From Mustelus asterias (taxonomy: Eukaryota), in contig NC_135808.1 of the NCBI RefSeq assembly GCF_964213995.1, positions 4,216,001-4,280,000 of the forward strand: a stretch of 64,000 nt of DNA. The letters run 5' to 3'. Under the pieces are notes generated by a model, which was not told the DNA's origin, searched no databases, and was given only the letters and a program-made list of their open reading frames with translations. Position 1 is the first letter of the stretch, and every line of letters starts with the position of its first letter. A program made the translations under genes and the position numbers. Of the stretch, positions 24,193 to 36,119 are shown piece after piece.

Positions 24193-26767
24193 CTGTATGC
24201 TTATTAATATTGGATCATCTGCTGAGGATTCCCTTGCTTTATTCACCCTCCCCGAATGCTCTACCTCACAATTTTCCAAATCGAACCCCATTTGCCACCT
24301 TGCTGTCCTGTTCTGTCCTCCCTCACAGAGGCACCTTTCAGTGTGTCGATGGGACCAGCTACAAAGCTGATTGTACAAACCATCCGATTTCACTCCCATT
24401 CAATTCCAGGCTGCGAAACCAGGAATTCTCTCGAGCCTCTGGCTTTCCCGCAGTGTGCTCACTGAAACGGGGGCAGCCAGTGGGCAGATTTACTGAGGCA
24501 GATGCAGGGCCTGTTCCCTCGCCCTGCCCACAGCGAACGTCCTGGCTGTCCAGTACCTCAGCGAATAATCATCTAGGAGCTGTCTTTGCATAGAGAGTGG
24601 GCTTGAAGGGCCGAATGGCCTACTCCTGATCCTATTTATTATGTTCCTTATCTCAAGATGAAAATGTCCCAGTACGCAGGCTTTAGCCAATGAGATAGTT
24701 CATTGTAAATTCAGCTGTCATTCATAACTTCCCTTTCAGTCGATTACAAGCCTGTTTCAGGGTCACAAAACATCTGGATCACTAAAACATACCATCATCT
24801 TCCTTTACCCAGTTCCTTCACATTTGCTCAAACATTAGCTTGCCATATTGTATGATTTCATAAAGAAGTTCTGAGGCTTGTATGGTTGAACATTAAGTGT
24901 TCATTGATAACAGGGTGTTGGTTTAGCTCAGTTGGCTGGATGGCTGCTTTGTGATGCAGAGTGAAACCAACAGTCTGGGTTCGATTCTTGAATTGGGTGA
25001 TGTTATTCATGAAGGGCTGCCTTCTCGCCTGAGATGTGGTGACCCTCAGGTTAAATCACCACCAACCCATGGTCATCTGGGATTATGGCAACTTTACATT
25101 GAAAACACAAAATTATCGACATAAATATAGTCCAAGCGATGAGCTAACTCCATGCTGGTCTCAACACAGGTCTCTATCCAGTCCATAACTCTCTCAGGAG
25201 ATGTATTGTTTTACATTGCACTGTGGGCAGTACTTTTACCCCAGTCCCACATTTAAAAAAAATTCATTCATGAGATATGGGCGTCGCTGGCTGAGCAGAG
25301 TTTATTTCCCACCTTGAATTGCTCTTGAATGGAGTGACTTACTTGGTTATTTCACAGGGTATTTAAGAGTCAACCACTCTGCTGTGGGTCTGGAGTCACA
25401 TGTAGGTCAGATCAGGTAAGAACGGCAGATTTCCTTCCCTAAAGGACACTCGTGAACCGGACGGGTTTTTCTGACAATCGACAATGGTTTCATGGTCATC
25501 AAATTCCAGATTTTTATTGAAATATAATTGGGGGGGATTTGAACCGTGGGTCTCTGGATTACTAGTCCAGTGACAATACCATTACTCCACACCCCCTCAG
25601 AATGGACCCTGGCTATTCCGGACACCCCTTATCCTCCAATCTCCAGGTCAGAAGATCATGGGTTAGAGTTCCGCTCCGGTCAATTGTACCCACAGGTCCA
25701 AGCTGACACGCCAGTGCAGTACTGACAGAATGGCTGTATTTTCACTGAGACATTGAAGCCAGACGCTCATCTTCCCTCCCAGGATTAAGTGAAAAGTTTA
25801 TACGTTCACTATTGGATTGAGAGAAGGGGAGCGAGTTATCCCGGTCAATATTTATCTATCATTCAGCTTCATGGAAACAGATGATCTGATCATAATCACA
25901 TCACTGTTTGTGGGATCTTGCTGTGCGCAAATATGCTTCTGTATTTTCCACATTATGACAATTCAATACTTCCCAGGCTGTGAAGTGTGAAGGGGAAAAT
26001 GCTGAGCTGGTGAAAGGTGCTATAGAAATCCAAGCTCTCTCTTTCTTGAGGACGGAATACAGAGGCAAACACAGCTAGCCCCTGCTGTCGATGGGTGAGG
26101 GGGATGGGAATGTGGGCTGGAGGAGGACAAGGGCACAGAATGATCCCACACAGAGGCTACTCGACAATGTGGGTAGTGCGACGTCAGACGCTAATGGAGG
26201 CGCAGGTAATCCTGAAGGTTTTTCATCACATAACCTCTCATAATAACATAAGAACTAGGAGCAGGAGTAGGCCATCTGGCCCCTCGAGCCTGCCCTGCCA
26301 TTCAATAAGACCATGGCTGATCTTTTCGTGGCCTCAGCGCCACTCTCATCTCCAACTGCTCCCCTCCCCCCACCAGCAAATCTCTCCCCCCATTGGCCAC
26401 TCAAAACATGCATTGTCATGGCAACAAGTCCAAAGATGTGCGGGTTAGGTTGATTGGCCAGGTTAAAAAAATTGCCCCTTAGAGTCCTGGGATGCGTAGG
26501 TTACAGGGATTAGTGGGTAAAATATGTGGGGGTAGGGCCTGGGTGGGATTGTGGTCGGTGCAGACTCGATGGGCCGAATGGCCTCCTTCTGCACTGTAGG
26601 GTTTCTATGATTCTATGATGCAGAGTGATGCCAACATCATGGGTTCAATTCCCGTACCAGCTGCCGTTATCCATGAAGGGCTGCCTTCTCGCCTGAGGTG
26701 TGGTCGCCCTCAGGTTACATAGACATCAGCCTATGGTCATGGTGTTACATTGATAACACAATGTAAT

Positions 26768-27088
26768 GGGGCAGCACGGTGGCACAGTGGTTAGCACTGC
26801 TGCCTCACAGCGCCAGGGACCCGGGTTCAATTCCCGGCTTGGGTCACCGTCTGTGTGGAGTTTGCACTTTCTCCCCATGTCTGTGTGGGTTTCCTCCGGG
26901 TGCTCCAGTTTCCTCCCACAGTCCAAAGATGTGCAGGTTAGGTTCATTGGCCACGCTAAATTGACCCCAGTGTCAGGGGGATTAGCAGGGTAAATATGTG
27001 GGGTTTCAGGGATAGGGCCTGGGTGGGATTGTTGTCGGCGTGGACTCGATGGGCTGAATGGCCTCCTTCTGCACTGTAGGGTTTCTAT
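26768..27088 (+). mobile_element. Full-length HE1/V-type SINE (others at 26428-26618 +, 34487-34745 -, 58880-59220 -)
   Basis: gggcagcacggtggcacagtggttagc (A box), gggttcaattccc (B box), V-domain and CR1-type tail. Confidence 0.88.
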
Positions 27089-27409
27089 ACCGAACTACGT
27101 ACATATATACAAGCCATAGTCCAAGCTAATGAGCTAACACCCATGCTGGTCTCAACACAGGTATCTGTCCCGGAGATTTCATCTTCAATTCCGGGAGCCT
27201 CTGGAGTAATCCTGGAGCGTTGGCAACCCGACTTCACCAGGGAGCTGGACTAACTATCGCGATACAATGACTGCACAACCAAACATTAGAAGCCTCTTTC
27301 ACAATTAATTTGTTTTATTAGAAACACGCAGTGCAATCTCTCCAAGACCACAGGAATAACAAAACTCTTGATCAAACGCCGCTGGCCGGGAGGTTTAGGC
27401 CCTGGGTTT

Positions 27410-27850
27410 TCTTCAGGTAAGCGTTCTCCAAGGCGGCCTTCGCGACACACGACAGCGCAGAGTCGCTGAGCAGAAACTGATAGCCAAGTTCCGCACACAT
27501 GAGGACGGCCTCAACCGGGATGTTGGGTTTATGTCACATTATCAGTAACCCCCACAGCTTGCCTCCTGGGCTTGCAGAATTTCACTGGCTGTTCTGTCTG
27601 GAGACAATACACATCTCTTTAACCTGTGCTTAATGCTCCCTCCACCCACATTTCTGTACATTTAAGACCTGGCTGGCTGTAGAGATTTGCATTCTGATTA
27701 GTATTCTGTAACTTGATTTGTGTGTCTGTTTGCACTGTTTGAGAACAGAGACCACTCCATCTGACGAAGGGGCAGCGCTCCGAAAGCTTATGGTATTTGC
27801 TACCAAATAAACCTGTTGGACTTTAACCTGGTGTTGTGAGACTTCTTACG
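27410..27850 (+). mobile_element. Penelope-like element: GIY-YIG C-terminus plus pLTR
   Basis: SVLQGGLRDTRQRRVAEQKLIAKFRTHEDGLNRDVGFMSHYQ*, followed by a pLTR with a hammerhead at 27757-27793. Confidence 0.85.
27757..27793 (+). ncRNA. Minimal hammerhead ribozyme
   Basis: CCAT-CTGACGA-A-GGGGC(agc)GCTCC-GAAA-GC-TT-ATGG. Confidence 0.75.
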
Positions 27851-28436
27851 ATGTCAGGTAATCCAGACTCGAAACGTTAGCTCTATTCTCTCCCCACAGA
27901 TGCTGTCAGACCTGCTGAGATTTTCCAGCATTGTCTGTTTTAGTCCTGACGAAGGGTCACTGATTTGAAACATTCACCCCATTCCTCTCCACAGATGTTG
28001 ACCAACTTGCCAGGTACTTGCTACCCTACCCACTGCTTCAGACACTTAGGGTGGGATTTTCCACCGAGCCATTCAACCGTCCATTGATTTTGGCCAAAGT
28101 GGCCAGAAAAATCTGGCCTTAAAAGCCGGAATTCTCCATCCATCATAAAAGGATCTTAATGATCCATTGGATAAACAGATGGGAGGGAGGTATCAAATTC
28201 ATTCTTGGATTTATTAGGAAGCTGCTTACATTTATGAACTCTGTTTTGCTCTTAATTCTCTCCCCACTTCCCCCCACCCCACAAGTGGACATTTCTTCCA
28301 GAGGGAGTAGGCAAGTGAAGAGTGAGTGGCCCATTCCCTGAGGTGGGAGGAGGGGATGACAGGGCAACAGAAACAAGGCAGTAAATTTGTTTCACAATCA
28401 GAAAATGCTGGAAAATCTCAGCAGGTCTGAGTAATA

Positions 28437-29725
28437 AGGAGAAGCTGGATAGACTGCGACTTTTTCCCTCGAGCTTAGGAGACTTAGGGGTGATCTTATA
28501 GAGGTCCATAAAATAATGAGGAGCATAGATCAGCTAGATAGGGATATAGATAATCTAAATGAGTGGGCGAGGGTCTGACAGATGGAGTACAATGTTGGTA
28601 AATGTGAGGTCATCCATTTTGGTAGGAATAACAGCAAAATGGACTATCATTTAAATGGTAAAAAATTGCAACATGCTGCTGTTCAGCACCCATGCTGCTG
28701 GGTGTTCTTGTGCAGGAATCTCAAGGAGTTGGTTTGTAGGTGCAGCAGGTAATTAAGGCGGCAAATGGAATTTTGGCCTTCATTGCTAGAGGGATGGAGT
28801 TTAAAAACAGCGAGATTATGTTGCAGCTGTATAAGGTGCTGGTGAGGTCACACCTGGAGTACGGTGTACAGTTTTGGTCTCCTTACTTGAGAAAGGATAT
28901 ACTGGCACTGGAGGAGGTGCAGCGGAGATTCACTAGGTTAATTCCGGAGTTGAGAGGGTTGGTTTATGAGGAGAGACTGAGTAGACTGGGACTATACTCA
29001 TTGGAATTCAGAAGAATGAGGGGAGATCTTATAGAAACATAAAAGATTATGAAGGGAATAGATAAGATAGAAGCAGGGAAGTTGTTTCCACTGGCGGGTG
29101 AAACTAGAACTAGGGGGCATAGCTGCAAAATAAGGGGAAGCAGATTTAGGACTGAGTTGAGGAGGAATTTCTTCACACAAAGGGTTGTGAATCTGTGGAA
29201 TTCCCTGCCCAGTGAAGCAGTTGAGGCTACCTCATTAAATGTTTTTAAGGCAGGGATAGATAAATTTTTGAACAGTAAAGGAATTAAGGGTTATGGTGAG
29301 CGGGCGGGTAAGTGGAGCTGAGTCCACAAAAAGATCAGCCATGATCTTATTGAATGGCGGAGCAGGCTCGAGGGGCCAGATGGCTGACTCCTGCTCCTAG
29401 TTCTTAGGTTCTGATAGTCAATATCTTTTCCCAAAGAAGGGGAAGTGTAAAACTAGAGGGCATAGGTTTAAGATGAGAAGGGAGAGATACAAAAGGGTCC
29501 AGAGGGGCAATCTTTTCACTCAGAGAGTGGTGAGCGTCTGAAACGAGCTATCAATTTTGTCCTTTAAAAAGCGTTTAGACAGTTACATGGGTAAGATGGC
29601 TATAGAGGGATATGGGCCAAACATGGGCAATTGGGACTAGCTTAATGGTAAAAAATAAGGTGGCATGGACAAGTTGGGCTGAAGAGCCTGTTTCCGTGTG
29701 TAAACCTCTATGACCTCCATGACTA
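28437..29725 (+). mobile_element. CR1 fragment (about 28537-29412) nested inside an older CR1 fragment
   Basis: Outer ORF2 text breaks at ...cagctagatag and resumes gatagtcaatatc at 29413; the inner copy has its own 3' UTR. Confidence 0.8.
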
Positions 29726-29914
29726 TTTTAAAGTTAAAGTTTCTTAAAGTTTATTTATTAGTCGCAAGTGAGGCTTACATTAACACTGCAATGAAGTTAC
29801 TGTGAAATACCCCTAGTCGCCACACTCCGGCACCTGTTTGGGTCAAGGCAGCTAACCAGCACGTCTTTCAGAGTGTGGGAGGAAATGAGGAAAACATCTC
29901 TGGAGAGAAACATC

Positions 29915-31181
29915 TCATGGCTTTGTGCGTGGTAGGTCATGTTTGACCAATCTATTAGAGTTTTTTGAGGAGGTTACCAGGAAAGTGGATGAAGGGAAGG
30001 CAGTGGATGTTGTCTACCTGGATTTCAGCAAGGCCTTTGACAAGGTCCCTCATGGGAGGTTAGTTAGGAAGGTTCAGTCGCTAGGTATACATGGGGAGGT
30101 AGTAAATTGGATTAGACACTGGCTCAATGGAAGAAGCCAGAGAGTGGTTGTGGAGGATTGCTTCTCTGAGTGGTGTGCCGCAGGGATCGGTGTTGGGTCC
30201 ATTGTTGTTTGTCATCTATATCAATGATCTGGATGATAATGTGGTAAATTGGATCAGCAAGTTTGCTGATGATACAAAGATTGGAGGTGTAGTGGACAGT
30301 GAGGAAGGTTTTCAAAGCTTGCAGAGGGATTTGGACCAACTAGAAAAATGGGCTGAAAAATGGCAAATGGAATTTAACGCAGACAAGTGTGAGATATTGC
30401 ACTTTGGAAGGACAAACCAAAGTAGAACGTACAGGGTAAATGGTAGGACTCTGAAGAGTGCAGTTGAACAGAGGGATCTGGGAATACAGGTACAGAATTC
30501 CCTAAAAGTGACGTCACAGGTGGACAGGGTCGTAAAGAGTGCCTTTGGTACATTGGCCTTTATAAATCGGAGTATCGAGTATAAACGTTGGAGTGTTATG
30601 GTAAGGTTATATAAGGCATTGGTGAGGCCGAATTTGGACTATAGAACAGTTTTGGTCACCTAGTTACAGGAAGGATGTAAATAAGGTTGAAAGAGTGCAG
30701 AGAAGGTTCACAAGGATGTTGCCGGGACTTGAGAAGCTGAGTTACAGAGAGAGATTGAATAGGTTGGGACTTTATTCCCTGGAGCGTAGAAGATTGAGGG
30801 GAGATTTGATAGAGGTGTATAAGATTTTGATGGGTATAGATAGAGTGAATGCAAGCAGGCTTTTTCTGCTGAGGCTAGGGGAGAAAAAAACCAGAGGGCA
30901 TGGGTTAAGGGTGAAAGGAGAAAAGTTGAAAGGGAATATTAGGGGGGGGCTTCTTCACGCAGAGAGTGGTGGGAGTGTGGAATGAGCTGCCGGATAAAGT
31001 GGTAAATACGGGGTCACTTTTAACGTTTAAGAAAAACTTGGACGGGTTCATGGATGAGAGGGGTGTGGAGGGGTGTGCACTGTCCAAGCGCAGGACAGTG
31101 GGACGAGGCAAAAAATGGTTCGGCACAGACAAGAAGGGCCAAAAGGCCTGTTTCTGAGCTGTAATTTTCTATGGTTCTATG
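29915..31181 (+). mobile_element. 5'-truncated CR1 LINE (RT region, frameshifted)
   Basis: RGRSCLTNLLEFFEEV, LDFSKAFDKV, PQGSVLGP, FADD; ttctatggttctatg tail. Confidence 0.93.
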
Positions 31182-31508
31182 TGGTTTGAGAGCTAACCAG
31201 GATCATCCAAACTCCAAATGTTGGCCCTATTCTCTCCCCACAGTTGCTGTCAGACCTGCTGAGATTTTCCAGCATTTTCTGTTTTTGTTTCAGATTCCAG
31301 CTTCCACAGTAAATTTCCTTTTAATCCATTAGTTTCACTTTGCACAGACATCCAGTGTCTTATAAAGCTTTAGTAGTGAGCATGCCATCAATTCTTTCAA
31401 CATTGATGCCCATTTGAAAATAGAAATCAGTATCGAAGTTGGCAAATATTGGACCATCTTTTTCTCTTTGCAAAAGAATTGGTTTTGATCCTTTTTGTGT
31501 GGTCCATC

Positions 31509-31514
31509 TTTATT
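31509..31514 (-). terminator. Candidate AATAAA poly(A) signal of BTN gene A
   Basis: tttatt on plus, about 60 nt past the stop codon. Confidence 0.5.
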
Positions 31515-31575
31515 GTCCCAAGCTGCCCTGAGGTAAGCCTGATCTGTTTGTCTTCACTGATTGGACCGTGGGGAG

Positions 31576-32090
31576 TTAGAGGGGGGAGATTTTCATTTCC
31601 TCTTTCGATCCCCAGGGGCTGAAGAACGGGTAGATTTTCTCGGTGAAGGTGGTGGTGAAGCTGTAGATTGGCACCATGTCATCGGCGCTGTAGAACCGAA
31701 CCATCCCCTCCTCATAGTTCAGGTAGATGCCAATTTTCTGGGTGGTTGCCGGGCACGGGATGGAGTCGGGGGAGTTGGAGTTAACCTCGTAGGTGTGGCC
31801 CCGCTTCCCGATGGTCCAGAAACCGTTCTCCGGGCTCAGTGTGACCCAGTCGTCCCTGGAGATGGTCCCTTTCACCACTCCCAGGTCCCAGTCTGGCTTG
31901 CTGCCAACCAGCACCTCCCAGTACTGGCTGCCCGCCTCGCATCCCTCCCTGGCGATCAGGAAGAGGCGGGAGTTGAACCTCCTGCTGTTCTGCGGAAGCT
32001 CCTGCCAGCTGTCGTTGAACGTCACAGTCAGCTGGTCCTTCGAGACCGCCAGGAAGGGGTTGGCGGTCTCGGGGTCGAAGGTCACCGGAA
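31576..32090 (-). CDS. BTN gene A B30.2 (PRY/SPRY) terminal exon
   Basis: VPVTFDPETANP...YWEVLVG...WDLGV...LSPENGFWTIG...IGIYLNYEEG..FY...IYPFFSP; acceptor gtgttgccag|; TAA 31578-31576. Confidence 0.96.
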
Positions 32091-33149
32091 CTGGCAACAC
32101 AAAAAGGAGGTCACAGGTCAGGCCCAAAAATCACTGGGAATGAGAAGACAGGTACAAAAACAGGAGAGGGGTGAAGACAGTACAGTGCAAGAGGAGGCCA
32201 TTTGGCCCATCCTATCCATGTGTGTGTCGCCTTCCTGGCAGAGTTAGCCAATTAGTCCCAGATATCTCAAGGGGGCTAGAATTCGAAGGGGTGGAATTTT
32301 GCAGCAGTTACATAGCATTCACACTCCGTGAACTGGCAGTGCTTTGGGCACTGTGCCAGAGGAAGGCTACATTTGCCTTAACGTGGGTGCCACACAATGT
32401 AACCAGGACTAACAGGGGTCAATCCTGTCTACTTTGTAGTTGATTGTCTATCGAAGATTAAGGAATGATTCAATTAATGAGTTCAATTTAATTGAAGGAA
32501 AATTTACCCCCAAGGGCTCAAGAATGGGTCGACCCTCTCAGTGAAGGTGGCGGTGAATCTGTAGATAGAATGTGGGCATCGCTGGCAAGGCCATCACTGT
32601 TGCCCATCCCGACTTGCCCTTGAACTGACCTTCCTTGGCCATTTCAAAGGGTAGTTAAGAGTCAACCACTTTGCTGTGGCTCTGGAGTCACATGTAGGCC
32701 AGACCGGGTAAGGAAGGCAGATTTCCTTCCCTAAAGGGACATAAGTGACCCAGATGGGTTTTATGACAATGGTTTCATGACCATCAAATTTCAGATTTTT
32801 ACTGAATTCAAAATTGTGGGATTCGAACCCTGGGTTGCTGGATTACAATACCACCTCCCCAGCTCAATACCATCTGATGACAGCTTCATGGTTACCATGA
32901 CTGCGCCTCTGAAAGAGCATTTTATCTAATGCCACTGCCCTGCCTTATCCCTGTCACCGTGCACATCCTCTCTTTTCAGATAAAAATCCAATTCCCCTTT
33001 GAATACCTCGATCGAAGCTGTCTCCTCCACCCTCTCAGGAAGTTCCTTCCAGACTCCAACCACCCTCTGGGTTAAAATGTTTTCTTTACATCATTACTCC
33101 TTCTTTCACCCATCATTTTGAATCTGTGCCCTCAGGTTCGTGATGCTTG

Positions 33150-33940
33150 ACTGGACGGTCCTCCCAGTTCCATATCCCACACACTGGACGGTCCTCCCAA
33201 TTCCATATCACACATAATGCATGGTCCTCGCAGTTCCATATCCAATACACTGGATGGTCCTCCCAGTCTCATATCCCACCCACTGGATGGTCCTCCCTGT
33301 TCCGTATCCCACAAACTGGAAGGTCCTCCCAGTTCTATATCCCACCCACTGGATGGTCCTCCCAGTTCCAAATCCCACCCACTGGATGGTCCTCCCAGTT
33401 CCAAATCCCACTCACTGGTTGGTCCTCCAAGTTCCAGATCCCATCCACTGGATGGTCCTCCCAGTTCCATATCCCACCTACTGGATGGTCCTCCCAGTTC
33501 CATATCCCACCTACTGGATGGTCCTCCCAGTTTCATATCTCACACACTGGATGGTCCTCCCAGTTTCATATCTCACACACTGGATGGTCCTCTCAGTTTC
33601 ATATCTCACACACTGGATGGTCCTCCCAGTTCCATATCCCACCCACTGGACCATCCTCCCAATCTCATATCCCACACACTGGATGATCCTCCCAATTCCA
33701 TATCTCACCCAATGGATGGTCCTTCCAGTTCCATATCCCATCCATTGGATGATCCTCCCAGTCTCATATCCCACACACTGAATGGTCCTCCCAGTTCCAT
33801 ATCCCACCCACTGGATGGTCCTCCCAGTCTCATATCCCGCACACTGAATGGTCCTCCCAATTTCATATCCCACCCACTGGATGGTCCTCCCAGTCTCATA
33901 TCCCACCCACTGGATGGTCCTCCCAGTTCCATATCCCATT
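33150..33940. repeat. 33-bp minisatellite (ccactggatggtcctcccagttccatatcccac), about 24 units
   Basis: Tandem period 33. Confidence 0.95.
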
Positions 33941-34040
33941 TGGGTTAAGCTAAGCCTGTGAAGGAAGTGGCTGAGGAGAGGATTCCCTCAATGTGAGGCC
34001 TGGGAAACACGGCAAAGCGACTGGAAAGTGTTTCTCTCAC

Positions 34041-34067
34041 CTGCGGCACTGATGACTCGTTCAGCAG
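34041..34067 (-). CDS. BTN gene A 27-nt pre-B30.2 micro-exon (AAERVISAA)
   Basis: tgtgtttcag|CTGCTGAA...GCAG|gtgaga. Confidence 0.85.
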
Positions 34068-34819
34068 CTGAAACACAAGACACAACGATGAAGAATCTTC
34101 AAAGTATTTCCCAGAGCGTTACAGTCCAGAGAGAGGCCCTTCAGCCCATCACTCCTGAATCCACCACAACACTGCTCAATAAATATCCTGACGCACCTTC
34201 TTTTATTGTGTTCAACCTCAGTATCACACAGGGCAGAATATTCTGGAATATGGCAATGGCCATTTCCCTTCCACACACGTTGAGGTAGGATTTTTGATTT
34301 CCTAGAGTGGGAATGTGACTGAAGGGAACAGTTGAACCTTGTGGGGGTTTGGGCTTGTTGGATCAATGGCATTTTCCTTTCGGTAACTTCTGACTTTATA
34401 AGTGTTACAATTGAGGACTCTGTGTCCAGGTACATTCAGGACATTGTGCAACACTCCAGTGGAAGCTAGTGTTCAAACCCAGAGAATCATAGAATCCCAA
34501 CACTGCAGAAGGAGGCCACCCACCACAATCCCACCCAGGGACTATCCCCACAACCCCACATAATTACCCTCTTAGTCCCCCTGACACTAAGGGCCAATTT
34601 AGCATGGTCAATCCCCCTAACCTGCACATCTTTCGGACTGTAGGAGGAAACCAGAGCACCCAGAGGAAGCACATGCAGACACGGGAGAACATGCAGACTC
34701 CGCACAGACAGTGACCCGAGGTCGGAATTGAACCCGGGTCCCTGACTAACTCAATCACGTCTCCAATGAATGGTAGGGCAGTGTGATCACCCACTGGTCT
34801 GTCTCGCCTTACTCTGTAC

Positions 34820-34927
34820 TCTGAAGTCTCACAACACCAGGTTAAAGTCCAACAGGTTTATTTGGTAGCAAAAGCCACGAGCTTTCGGAGCGCTTGCTGC
34901 TCCTTCGTCAGGTGAGTGAGAGTTCTT
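34820..34927 (-). mobile_element. Penelope pLTR fragment with a hammerhead (34876-34914), sense to BTN gene A
   Basis: Minus strand: CAC-CTGACGA-A-GGAGC(agcaagc)GCTCC-GAAA-GC-TC-GTG, then AATAAA (34862-34857). Confidence 0.8.
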
Positions 34928-34929
34928 AC

Positions 34930-34977
34930 TCTGACAGTAGCGGGAGCCTGTCTCTGAGGGGTAGATGCTATAAGACA
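34930..34977 (-). CDS. Candidate optional 48-nt exon of BTN gene A (VSYSIYPSETGSRYCQ)
   Basis: Strong acceptor ttctctgtctctgtctcccacag|, donor A|gtaaga, phase 1-1, no stop. Confidence 0.35.
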
Positions 34978-35053
34978 CTGTGGGAGACAGAGACAGAGAA
35001 AGTGAGGCAGTCAGACCAGCATTGCACCAACCCAGTGAGAATTAGGACCTTAC

Positions 35054-35080
35054 CTGTCTTGCACAGATCCTTTTCCAGAT
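35054..35080 (-). CDS. BTN gene A 27-nt micro-exon (HLEKDLCKT)
   Basis: ttttcattacag|ATCTGG...ACAG|gtaagg. Confidence 0.82.
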
Positions 35081-35885
35081 CTGTAATGAAAATAAGGCAC
35101 CATTATTAATGAAAGACCAGGTCACCGTGACATATCCAATGTTCTACTTGACCAGAACAAGCCCAACATCCCTCCTGTCAAAGGTCATCCAATCAGAAAG
35201 AACCTGGCTGCCTCCTTCCACTTTCCCTAACACAGTGTGGTCTCAACACAGCTCTTACTGATCCCCTCATCCTTCCCGTCCTCACTGTGAGACTCCAATA
35301 CTCCAATCATCTCCTGCCCTAGTCTCCAAGTAAACACGAGAGAGAGGGCGGGGGGGATGAGAGAGAGGGGGTTGGGGAGGTGCTGAGGGAGAGAGGAGGG
35401 GGGGGCTGAGAGAGAGAGGGAATGAGAGAGGGGGAGAGAGAATGAAAGAGAGGGAAAGGGAATGAGAGAGAGGGAATGAAAGAGAGAGGGAATGAGAGAG
35501 AGACAGAGGGAGAGGGAATGAAGGGGAGAGGGGCTGAGAGGGAGGGACAGAGAGGCATACAGAGAGTGAGTGAGAAAGAGAGACAAAATGAGGGACACCC
35601 ACAGGACAGAGACAGGCCATTCAGCCCGACAGGTCTTTCTCTGCTTTCCTCAAAAGATAAAAACATCTCTTCCGCCTCTGTCGTATTAAATCTTTCCGTC
35701 ATTTGGAAAATGGCTCTCAGGTCACTCCTCAGTCTCCCCGTTCAGGATTTGCTGATAGACAAATCCTCTCAGCTCTCCATTTTTAATTCCCAAGTCCAAA
35801 TCGAGACAGAAACAACAAAACACTAATCTGTATTCATATAGGCCCTTCCATTGGCTAAAATATCCCTGGGGTAGAAACAGAGAGT

Positions 35886-35916
<31 letters not shown>

Positions 35917-35953
35917 GAAAGTTCCTTCTCACATTAGACTGAGAGTAACTTAC

Positions 35954-35974
35954 GTAAATTAGACTTGATGTTAT
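35954..35974 (-). CDS. BTN gene A 21-nt heptad micro-exon (DNIKSNL)
   Basis: tttttcctcag|ATAAC...TTAC|gtaagt. Confidence 0.8.
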
Positions 35975-36119
35975 CTGAGGAAAAACAAAATTAAAAAGGT
36001 AAATTAGTTGGTGCTGGTGGAGAAATAGTGTTCATGTTTGTTTGTACAAATGTGCAGAAACTGGATCAAGTGGAGTTTTCACTCGACAGGGAGGGAAAGA
36101 AAGATCTTTTACAAAGACC

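Noticed and set aside
26768-26845. tRNA gene
   Set aside because: tRNA-derived head of a SINE, continuous with the V-domain and LINE tail.
31561-32247. 228-aa plus-strand ORF
   Set aside because: Antisense shadow of the GC-rich B30.2 exon.
35600-35790. Possible extra coiled-coil exon (MTERFNTTEAEEMFL...)
   Set aside because: It reads RLRSDLRAIFQMTERFN..EAEEMF with upstream stops, a decayed CR1 ORF2 motif (RLRGDLIEVFKIM...ERMF), and has no suitable splice sites.
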